Shown: positions 51,258 to 59,800 of the stretch, one piece after another
How the letters are laid out: the number at the start of each line of letters is the position of its first letter
Numbering within the stretch: the stretch's first letter is position 1
DNA from: an uncultured Gammaproteobacteria bacterium
GTDB lineage: Bacteria > Patescibacteriota > Patescibacteriia > CAYZDG01
Length of the DNA stretch: 64,000 bases
NCBI GenBank assembly: GCA_964536515.1
Contig: CAZHXI010000001.1
Span: 31,480 to 95,479 of the forward strand
Direction of reading: 5' to 3'
Notes under the pieces: model-generated
Databases searched by the model: none
The model's input: the letters and a program-made list of their open reading frames with translations, nothing else
Told to the model about the DNA's origin: nothing
Program-made: the position numbers and the translations under genes

Positions 51258-52616
51258 TTATACCCCGCCGGCGAAGTCTCGGCCAATGAGCACGACGAAG
51301 TCTGCCGTAGAGGTGCCGTTGCCCGTCAGCACCAGGCTGCCGGGGAACAGCTCGGCTAGGCGGCTGCGTGCCAGCGGGGCGTCTCCGCCCGAGTGGTCGT
51401 AGATTACGGTGCGCGCCACGTCCTGCCGCTGGGCGTTGCCGAAGCTGGAGACGTGGAACTGCTCGGCGGCCAGGCGGTCTGCCACGCGAACGGCGAGGCC
51501 GGCCACGTCCGTTCCGTTCTCCACGGCCACCGTTACGTCGTCCGCCGCGGACGAGGCATCGAACAGCTGGGCGACGGCGCGCTGGATGAGGGCGAAGCTG
51601 CCGCCCCGCGGCGTGAGCAGGAATGCCCCGTCTGGCCCGATGGCGTTGTTCAGGAAGCCGTTGGCGCTGTCGTCTATCACCAGCCGCGGGGCGGCGTCGG
51701 GGTCGGCGTTCTGGAACTGCAGCGCAACGTCTACGGCGTCGCCGATCGGCAGGTCGGTATCCAGCGAGTCGTTCAGCAGGTCTGCCAGGGCGCGGAGCCT
51801 GCGTGGGCTGGCGAGCGTACGGAGCTGCAGCGCCTCGCGCATCAGCGACACGGCGACCAGCTGCTGCCGCCTGGCTCGGGCGAAGTCGGAGTTCTCGCCA
51901 TTGCTGCCGTGCCGTGAGCGCGAGTACTCCAGGGCGGCGGCGCCGTCCAGCCGCTGACGGCCGGCGGTGAAGGAGACCGTCTTAACGCCGCCGCGCCCGT
52001 CGGGGTAGGTGTAGTCGGTGAAGGTGTTCGGCACGTCCACGGTGACCCCGCCGAACGCCTCGATGAGGCGCTCGAACCCGTTGAAGTTGATGACGGCAGC
52101 GTACGAGATCGGCGCGCCGGTAACGGAGGACAGCGCCTGCTTGAACGCCGGCAGGCCGCTGCCGGGCTCGCTGGCTTCGGCGAGGGCGTAGACCGAGTTC
52201 ACCTTGCGGAAGGCGCCTGCCTGCGTCGCCACGGCTAGGTCGCGCGGCACCGACACCAGGCCGAATTGGCCCGCCTTCGGCTTGAGCACGAGCAGCATTA
52301 TGGTGTCGGTCAGCAGCGGGCCGTCGTTGCCCACGCCGCTGATGCCGCCGACGGCGATGTACACCGTATCGCGGCTGGCGATGGGCGTTATGTCGGGATT
52401 GATGAGCCTCGCTACGTCGCGTACCACCGGCAGGTGCCGCAGCAGGCTAGCGAGGGGGTCCGCCGCCGGCGCGGCCAGCTGGTAGGCGGTGGCGGCTGCG
52501 GCTAGCACGGCTGCGCCCAGGCTGAGGACGATGAACGCCTTGGCCCAGCGGCCGCGCCGCCTGGGACGTGGCGCCACGTGGTTCGGGTCTAAAAAGTCGT
52601 TGGCGTCGTCAATCAT
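51258..52616 (-). CDS. LytR-CpsA-Psr (LCP) family cell-envelope phosphotransferase
   Basis: N-terminal TM, then LCP core (…DTIMLLVL…VSVPRDL…VINFNGFERLIEAFGGVTVDV…). Confidence 0.8.
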   Translation of the reverse strand: MIDDANDFLDPNHVAPRPRRRGRWAKAFIVLSLGAAVLAAAATAYQLAAPAADPLASLLRHLPVVRDVARLINPDITPIASRDTVYIAVGGISGVGNDGPLLTDTIMLLVLKPKAGQFGLVSVPRDLAVATQAGAFRKVNSVYALAEASEPGSGLPAFKQALSSVTGAPISYAAVINFNGFERLIEAFGGVTVDVPNTFTDYTYPDGRGGVKTVSFTAGRQRLDGAAALEYSRSRHGSNGENSDFARARRQQLVAVSLMREALQLRTLASPRRLRALADLLNDSLDTDLPIGDAVDVALQFQNADPDAAPRLVIDDSANGFLNNAIGPDGAFLLTPRGGSFALIQRAVAQLFDASSAADDVTVAVENGTDVAGLAVRVADRLAAEQFHVSSFGNAQRQDVARTVIYDHSGGDAPLARSRLAELFPGSLVLTGNGTSTADFVVLIGRDFAGGV

Positions 52617-52726
52617 TGCGCGTGTGGTGCAGCTGCCCCTGCAGCGTACCCGGCGCAGCGCATGCCGGTCAACGGAAATGGGTTGCAGCGGCGTGTTTCC
52701 GGTGCTACCGTTGGCCTGCTCGGTAT

Positions 52727-52803
<77 letters not shown>

Positions 52804-52927
52804 TGCCTCGTTAAGATCAGTCGGTTCTGCGCCGGAGGCGCACCCGCCTCTGGCGGGGAACCCAGGTGCGACCACCAGGCATTTGCCCCGGAGGGGGCTT
52901 AGGCGGTACCATTGCCGCTGCATACCT

Positions 52928-53566
52928 ATGGCTAAGAACCTAGATTCACTCCAGACGCCGGCCGACGAGCAGCCGCGGCGTTCGGTGCTACGCGAGGTAG
53001 GCTCGTTCCTGTTCGACGTCGCCAAGGTGGCGGCAATTTCGCTGGCCATCATCATTCCCGCGCGCACCTGGCTGGTGCAGCCGTTCTTCGTGCAGGGCGC
53101 CTCGATGGAGCCGAATTTCTTCGAGCGCGAGTACCTGGTCGTGGACGAGATAAGCTACCGTTTCGGCCCGCCGCAGCGGGGCGACATCGTGGTGTTCCAT
53201 CCGCCGCAGCGGCCGGAGGAGTTCTACATCAAGCGCGTGGTCGGCCTGCCGGGCGAGACGTTGAGCCTGCGGGCGGGCAGGGTTTTCGTCGCCAACGCTG
53301 CGCACCCCGAGGCCGTTGCCCTGGACGAGAGCGCGTACCTACCGGCCGGCACCGTTACCCGGGCCACGTCGGCGCAGCTCGCCGAGGGCGCCTCGCTCAC
53401 GCTCGGCGACAGCGAGTACTTTGTGCTCGGCGACAACCGCGGCAACAGCCAGGATTCCAGAGCCTTCGGCCCGCTGGAGCAGTCCCACATCGTGGGCAGG
53501 GCTTGGCTGCGTGGCTGGCCGCTCAGCCGGGCGGGCAGCGTGCCGGCCCAGCAGTACGGCCTGTAA
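52928..53566 (+). CDS. lepB: Signal peptidase I
   Basis: Catalytic Ser region VQGASMEPNF; box motifs GDIVVF, YIKRVVGLPGE, GDNRGNSQDSR. Start at ATG 52928 (the track uses TTG 52883). Confidence 0.85.
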   Translation: MAKNLDSLQTPADEQPRRSVLREVGSFLFDVAKVAAISLAIIIPARTWLVQPFFVQGASMEPNFFEREYLVVDEISYRFGPPQRGDIVVFHPPQRPEEFYIKRVVGLPGETLSLRAGRVFVANAAHPEAVALDESAYLPAGTVTRATSAQLAEGASLTLGDSEYFVLGDNRGNSQDSRAFGPLEQSHIVGRAWLRGWPLSRAGSVPAQQYGL

Positions 53567-53603
53567 CGTTTGACCCGGGGGGTGGCCGGGCGTATGCTCG
53601 GCC

Positions 53604-54866
53604 TTGATTATGAGTGATGCGAAGCGCCGACGACCCGCAGCTGCCAAGGCGGCGCCGCGGATCGTCCGTGGAGCGAGGGGCGCCAGCGGCGCCGAGCTCG
53701 ACCCAGCCTGGCAGCGGTGCCGGTCGGTGTTCGACCGTACCGCGGAGGGGTACGGCTTCAGCCGGGTCGACCTGCCCGCCTTCGAGCTAGCTACGCTCTA
53801 CCGCCGAGCCTGGGGCGGCGACGATCCGGCCGTCGCCGAGCTGGCGACGGTTACCAGGGGCGATGAGGAGCTGACGCTGCCCGCCTCGGGGCGAGAGAGC
53901 TTGTGCCGTCTGCTGCTGGAGCGAGCGGCGGGCGAGCAGCCGGCTGGAAAGTTCTCGTACTGGACGCCGACCTTCGTCGGCGGAGCCGCCGCGCAGCAGT
54001 CGTGGCAGTACGGCATCGAGCTCTACGGCGAGCCAGATCCAACGGCGGATGCCCAGTGCGCCATCGTCGCCTGGCGCCTGGCGCAGTCGCTGCGGGTCGG
54101 CGCAACTCTGCACCTGAACTCTTTCGGCTGCGCTACCTGCCGTCCGCCGTACCTCAAGGCGCTGGGTGAGTTCTTCCGTCGGCAGCGGGGCGCCCCCGCG
54201 GGCAAGCAGCCCTGGCGGGCGCTGGCAGACCTCTCGGCCGAGGAGGCCGCTGCAGCCCCGCAGACCGTAGACTTCCTGTGCCCCAGCTGCAACGCGCACC
54301 TGGTGCAGGTTCTGGAGTACCTAGATGAGGTGGAGGTTCCGTACGCACTGGACCCCACCACCGTCGCCCCGTTCGACTACGCCAGCCGTACCGTCTTCAC
54401 CGTTACGCCACCCGAGGCCAGCACGCCGCTGCTGTTCGGCTGCCGGTACGATGAGCTGTGCACCCGCCTGGGCGGTAGCGGCAGCGCCGTGGGCTTCGGC
54501 GGCGACGTGGCAGCCCTGGCGCAGCAGGCAGCGGCGGGCACCGGCAGCCGCCACGCCCCGCACGTGCTGCTGGCCCAGCTGGGGCCGGAGGCTCGCAAGC
54601 ACGCTATCGTCCTGTTCGAGCGGCTGCGTGCAGCCAACATTACGGTCGCTGCCCACCTGGGCGGCGGGGGGCTGAAGGGCCAGCTGGAGGAAGCCGGCCG
54701 CCTGGGCGTGCGCTACGCCGCCATTATCGGCCAGCGCGAGATTCTGGACGGCACCGTGCTGCTCCGCGACATGGAGAATGGCATCCAGGAGACGGTCACG
54801 CGCGAGCGGCTGGCCGCCGAGATAGCCAAGCGCCTGGCACGCGAGGCCGCGCTGCCGCTGGCTTGA
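53604..54866 (+). CDS. hisS: Histidyl-tRNA synthetase (class II)
   Basis: Class II core with HisRS motif-3-like FGCRYDEL (GGRYD family); C-terminal anticodon-binding domain (…HVLLAQLGPEARKHAIVLFERLRAANI…). Confidence 0.65.
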   Translation: MIMSDAKRRRPAAAKAAPRIVRGARGASGAELDPAWQRCRSVFDRTAEGYGFSRVDLPAFELATLYRRAWGGDDPAVAELATVTRGDEELTLPASGRESLCRLLLERAAGEQPAGKFSYWTPTFVGGAAAQQSWQYGIELYGEPDPTADAQCAIVAWRLAQSLRVGATLHLNSFGCATCRPPYLKALGEFFRRQRGAPAGKQPWRALADLSAEEAAAAPQTVDFLCPSCNAHLVQVLEYLDEVEVPYALDPTTVAPFDYASRTVFTVTPPEASTPLLFGCRYDELCTRLGGSGSAVGFGGDVAALAQQAAAGTGSRHAPHVLLAQLGPEARKHAIVLFERLRAANITVAAHLGGGGLKGQLEEAGRLGVRYAAIIGQREILDGTVLLRDMENGIQETVTRERLAAEIAKRLAREAALPLA

Positions 54867-54869
54867 GCT

Positions 54870-55144
54870 CGTGAAGCCAGTGAGGGATGGAGAGTTAGAT
54901 GTTATGATTGACTTATCATAGTAAATATGCTACTATAGAATTATAGTATATACTTTGAAAAATTTGATTTTTCGATAATGTCACCCATAGCTTTAGCGAA
55001 GGGTGGTAGCCCTAGCCACGAGGTCAGGGAGGGGTCATCCTCTCGCTGCGTCCTGGCTACGGCTACCTAGGTTGGAGCCCACTGGCGAGTAACAGACGTG
55101 TCCCCAACTGTGGGGACGGGTCAAAAAACAAGAAGGAACGTGTC
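54870..55144 (+). promoter_or_regulatory. Very AT-rich promoter island followed by a ~190 nt GC-rich hairpin-rich leader
   Basis: AT-rich 54890-54990 (…gctactatagaattatagtatatactttgaaaaatttgatttttcgataatg…); hairpin GTCCCCA-ACT-GTGGGGAC near 55095-55115. Confidence 0.4.
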
Positions 55145-55813
55145 ATGAGAAATGACGAGTTAGTTCTAGGAGCTACGCAGGCGTACGAGCTCCAGGCGAG
55201 TTTGCGCAAAGCCGGGTACACGGACGGAGAGCTCAAGGCCCTATCTGGCACCCCGTTTCTGTCGAAGGTGCTCACGGTCATTCGTGGGCAGGCGACCATC
55301 CAGGCTCTGCCGCCCGCCGAGCAGGCGCCCGTCACGCCGTTCGAGCCCAAGGTCTTCAAGACCATCAAGCTGGGCGAACACAAGTCCCACAAGGACTACC
55401 GCAAGGCCATGGAGAAGGCGGGCTTCCGCATCGGCGACTACGCGGTCCAGATTCTGGAGAAGGTCACGGTGGCGAGCGAGCCCACCGAGCTGGACCTGGT
55501 GGTCGTGACGGTCGGCGAGCTCGGATTCAAGGACGGCGCGCGGCGAGACGCCATCTACGAGAAGGCCCTGAGCCTCGGGCTGCAGCTCTGCCCGAACGAA
55601 GTCGGCCCGGCACTGCGCCTGGCGCACCCGGACCAACCCATGAACGAGTGGCTGCGCGTCGGCATGGAGCCCCTCACGGACTCGGGCGGCGGCCTCTACG
55701 TCTTCTGCGTGGACCACGACGGCAACGGGCGCTGGCTCGACAGCTACTACGGCGAGCCCGACCTCGTTTGGAACGCTGTCAACCGCTGGGTGTTCGTCCA
55801 GCCCCGCAAGTAA
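55145..55813 (+). CDS. Hypothetical protein (accessory)
   Basis: 222 aa; no recognisable motifs. Confidence 0.45.
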   Translation: MRNDELVLGATQAYELQASLRKAGYTDGELKALSGTPFLSKVLTVIRGQATIQALPPAEQAPVTPFEPKVFKTIKLGEHKSHKDYRKAMEKAGFRIGDYAVQILEKVTVASEPTELDLVVVTVGELGFKDGARRDAIYEKALSLGLQLCPNEVGPALRLAHPDQPMNEWLRVGMEPLTDSGGGLYVFCVDHDGNGRWLDSYYGEPDLVWNAVNRWVFVQPRK

Positions 55814-56062
55814 GCACTTTGACCCTCGGCTCGGCACTCGGTCCCTTGGGCCTTGGCCCTTCCCCCCGCGCAACGCGCGGTCGGTTCCCAACAACAGAAG
55901 CCCCCGCCATCCGTGGCGGGGGTTCTTTGTTTGTCGCAGCGTGTCACCACCTGGGGTAATTTTGGCGCCATCCTTGACCTTCCCACCTCCGCATGGCAGC
56001 ATAGAGCCGTCCCGAATGGGACGATATTCATCCTATAATTCTAGAAAAGGAGGTGACCACCC

Positions 56063-56311
56063 ATGGTTGAGACCAAGCGTAAAGTGAACGAGAGCTTCGA
56101 GAGCCTGGTGCGACGGTTCAACCGCCAGGTGGTGCAGAGCGGACGGCTGCTACAGGCCAAGAAGGTCCGTTTCCACAAGCGCGACAAGAGCGTCGCGGTA
56201 CTGCGCAGCAGCGCCCAGCACCGTGCGGCGGCCAAGGCGCGCCTGGAGTACCTGCGCAAGATTGGCAAGGCCGTTGAGCCTGCCCCGCGTCGCCGTTCGT
56301 TCGGCGGCTAA
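56063..56311 (+). CDS. rpsU: 30S ribosomal protein S21
   Basis: Basic 82 aa; MVETKRKVNESFESLVRRFNRQVVQSGRLLQAKKVRFHKRDKS…, a bS21 pattern. Confidence 0.8.
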   Translation: MVETKRKVNESFESLVRRFNRQVVQSGRLLQAKKVRFHKRDKSVAVLRSSAQHRAAAKARLEYLRKIGKAVEPAPRRRSFGG

Positions 56312-56314
56312 CGT

Positions 56315-56758
56315 ATGTACGTCGGCGAGCAGCTAGCAGCAGACGTCCTGGAGGCGCAGAAGCGCCGCGACCAGTCTGCCGTAGATATCCTGCGGCAGCT
56401 TCGGTCTGCGTTCCACAATGCCGAGATTGCGGCGCGTGGCCAGCTCGACGATGCGGCGACGATCAAGTTCTTCCAGCAGCAGCTGAAGCAGCGCGAGGAG
56501 GCGTCGGCGGTATTCCGCAAGGCTGGCCGCATAGAGCTAGCCGAGAAGGAGGAGGCCGAGGCAGCCGTCATCCGAGGCTACCTGCCGCCGGCGATGACGC
56601 CGGAGCAGCTCGACCAGCTGGCTGCCGCTGCCGTGGCCGAGGCTGGCAAAGACTTCGGCGCGGCGATGAAGCTGGCCGTAGCCAAGGCTGCCGGGGCTGC
56701 CACGGGGCAGGAGGTATCGGCGGCCGTGCGCCGGGCAATAGAGGGTGCCGGCACGTAA
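56315..56758 (+). CDS. yqeY: GatB/YqeY-domain protein
   Basis: Conserved rpsU-yqeY arrangement; YqeY-like helical sequence (…IRGYLPPAMTPEQLDQLAAAAVAEAG…). Confidence 0.75.
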   Translation: MYVGEQLAADVLEAQKRRDQSAVDILRQLRSAFHNAEIAARGQLDDAATIKFFQQQLKQREEASAVFRKAGRIELAEKEEAEAAVIRGYLPPAMTPEQLDQLAAAAVAEAGKDFGAAMKLAVAKAAGAATGQEVSAAVRRAIEGAGT

Positions 56759-56781
56759 ATCAATCCGAGATTGGAATTGTA

Positions 56782-56811
56782 CGTAGAGACGAGGCGCGCC
56801 TCGTCTCTACG
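56782..56811. repeat. Palindromic repeat family copy 5 (CGTAGAGACGAGGCG|CGCCTCGTCTCTACG)
   Basis: 30-nt perfect palindrome downstream of yqeY; acts as terminator and/or insulator before the giant adhesin promoter. Confidence 0.7.
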
Positions 56812-56860
56812 GCGTTTGGCATCGCCACGCACCGCCGCCGTGCGTAGCCCTGCGGAGGGT

Positions 56861-56881
56861 ATAGGTGGTATCATTGACGTC
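56861..56881 (+). promoter_or_regulatory. Extended -10 promoter AGGTGGTATCATTGACGTC, leaderless start of the giant adhesin gene
   Basis: TGgTATCAT at 56866-56874; ATGATG at 56882 is 7 nt downstream. Confidence 0.5.
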
Positions 56882-59800
56882 ATGATGCCTTCGTTGCGCT
56901 CCTGGCTAACAGTTCGAACGGGCATTGCCGTGGCCAGCGCGGCTGCGCTGGCATTGGGTACCTGGCTCGTCGGCAGCCAAATTGGCGTGCAGGCAAACCC
57001 ATCGGTCAATGGGGTCTGCGATGGCGCAGACCGCTGCCTTGAGCCGACCGAAGTCTCAACATTCTTGGGGCGGGCGATAGAGTCGGACCCAGACCAGGCT
57101 GTGGGCAAGCACGAGTGGGACTTCACGGGCACCGGCACCTACGGCAACGTCGTAACCTGCGTCGGCGCCGCCTGCCGGCAGAGCTGCAACGACCTGGCCC
57201 ACCCGCTGTGGCAGGACTGCTCTGCTACCGACTACAGCTACAGCAGCGAGGCTTTCTTCGCCTCGACGAATGAGCGGCAGGTTACGGTAGGAATGCGGGG
57301 CGTCGATACCGAGGGCGCAGCTGGAGTGGCCCAGACCCGCAAGGTCGGCGTGGCCATTGCCTACGTCGGCCCCGACCGAGGCAGCAGCAACCTAGCCGTC
57401 AGCGGCGTGGGCGCCGGCAGCTTCACCGTAACCTGGCGAGACGTTACCGATGTTCCCGGCAGCGCCTACACCCTGCACGTGGATAACCTTGACGACGGCA
57501 CGGGGGACACGATACCGGTTACCAACGACAAGGCTATCGGCGACGCCTACAGCGTGGCGTACACAGCTGATCCATCCACCGACTACCTCGTCTGGGTGGT
57601 GGTTTACTACCCCACGCCGACGGGCTCTATCGTGCGGCAGAACCTGCCCCCATCAGACCCCATCGTCGGCGTGCCCGTTACCACGCCGGCCAACGGTCTG
57701 CCGACGCTGACTATCCAGCGTCAGCCAGGAAACGTGCCGCCGGCGGCTGCGGCTCCGCACTACCAGCTGCTGCGGCAGGCCGGCAACGTGCTCACCCTCA
57801 ACATAACCGTGGCCGACCCAGACGGCGACCAGCTGGCCGAGCTACGCATCGACGGCCTAGCTTCGTTGCCCGGCGCAACGTTCAGCGGCTTCAGCACGCC
57901 GACCCCCGGGCCGGTGACCAGGACGATGACGTGGAACTTGAACATGGCGCCCCCGCCGAGCGGGGACTACTCCATTAACGTGGTCGCCCGCGACGTGGTC
58001 GGCGGCACGGCCAGCCGCGCCGTGGTCATTCGGCTTAACTCCAACCCCGATGCGCCGACCAGCCTGCAGGTGAACACCAACGATGCTACCTCGGGCCTGG
58101 CATCTGGCGACCCCAGCCCGGTGGCCCAGGTTATAGACGATAACCTGGCTGACCAGAACCTGAAGTTTACCTACCGCCACGCCGACCCAGACGGCGACGC
58201 CGCCGCCAACTACCGTATCCAGGTAGATACGGACTCTGCCTTCGCCAGCCCCCAGACGTGGGACTCGGGCAGCCAGAGCTTGGCGGTGGCCAACGGCACC
58301 CGCTCCGCTAACGTTACCTACACCGGGCCGGCGCTAGCCTATAGCACGGACTACTGGTGGCGGGTGCAGGTCGGCGACGGCAACGGCAACCTCAGCTCCT
58401 ACGGCGCCGGACGCTTCCGGCTGCGCCCCACCAACTACGCGCCCGTGCTCGACCCCATCGGCAACCGGTCTGTAGACGTGGGCGCCACCCTGACGTTCAC
58501 CATGACCGCTTTCGATCAAGATGTAGCCGACGGCATCCAGACCCTGAGCTACCTGGCCCAGGGCGGGCTGCCGTCCCCGCGCATGGCGCTCAACCCGCTC
58601 ACCGGGGCTTTCACCTTCACGCCTAGCTCGGCTGACCTGCCGCCGGCTAGCCCCTACACCGTTACGCTCTGCGCCCGCGATAGCTTCACCCCGACCCCGG
58701 CGCAGGACTGCGAGACGATTACCATCACGGTCAACCTCAACCTGGCCGCCCCGACCGGACTGAGCGTGAGCTTCACCAGCCCCACGGCCGGCACCGCGAC
58801 GTGGACCCACAGCGCCCCGGGCGAGGACGGCTTCCAGCTCGACCAGACCGCGCCGGTGAGCACCCCGAACATCCTCTCGGTAGCGGCGAACGTTACCAGC
58901 GGGAGCTTCACCTTCAACCAGTGCGGCAGCACCTCGACCGTCGGGTTCCAGGTGCGCGCCTTCGTAGATACCGGCGTGAGGCAGTTCAGCGCCGCCGCGA
59001 GTGGCTCGGCTAGCCGCCCCGGCTTCGCCACTCCCACCGGCCTCTCCGTCGCCGCGACCGGCAACACCACCGCTCGGCTATCGTGGACCCCGGGTACCAC
59101 CGGTCAGACCGGCTACGCCGTGTACAACGGTGGCACGCGGCTCGCCGACGCTCCGGCTGCGGCGACCAGCTACGACTTCTCCGGCCTCACCCCAGCTAGT
59201 AGCTACACCTTCCGCGTGCGGCCGCTGGTTGGCATCACCGGCTGCCTGCCGGGCAACGAGGCGCTGGGCGCCACCGCCAGCGTGGCCTGGACGCAGCCCA
59301 ACCCCGCCCTCACCGTTACGCCGTCCAGCCTCGCCTTCGGCAACGTGGTCAAGGATGCAAACTCGGCTACCCAGACCGTTACCGTTCGCAATACCGGCGG
59401 GGTGGTGCTGACGGGCATCACGGCGGCTATCGCGGGTGCAGATGCCGGCCAGTTCAGCCTGCTCAATACGCCGCCGGCCAGCCTGGCGCTCAACGCAACT
59501 TGGGATGCCCAGGTCCAGTTCCGTCCCACGTCGTACGGCGCCAAGTCTGCCCAGCTGCAGATTGCTGCGCCAAGCTTCGGCCTATCATCCAACGTAGCGC
59601 TGACGGGAACCGGGGTGCCGACCGCTCCGGTCATTACATCGGCGAGCTGGGACGCGAACGAGCCGAGCAGGTACAGCCTCGCCTGGACGTGGGGTCCCGG
59701 CGACCCGGATGACTTCTCGATACAGATGCCGCTGGGAACAGAGCAGTTCCGGCTGACCCTGGGCAACCAACGGGCGCGCAACAACCAGCTGCTGACGTCC

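Noticed and set aside
54990-55060. AGGUCAGG-containing segment (ccacgaggtcagggaggggtcatcctc) resembled SRP RNA domain IV.
   Set aside because: The flanking GGAAGGAAGCAGC consensus and the symmetric helix-8 partner are absent; the similarity is limited to one octamer.
56771-56881. Track start of the giant adhesin ORF at 56771 (MELYVETRRASSL…).
   Set aside because: The N-terminal extension is translation of the palindromic repeat and the promoter. The real start is ATGATG at 56882, directly after the extended -10, with a signal-anchor sequence following.
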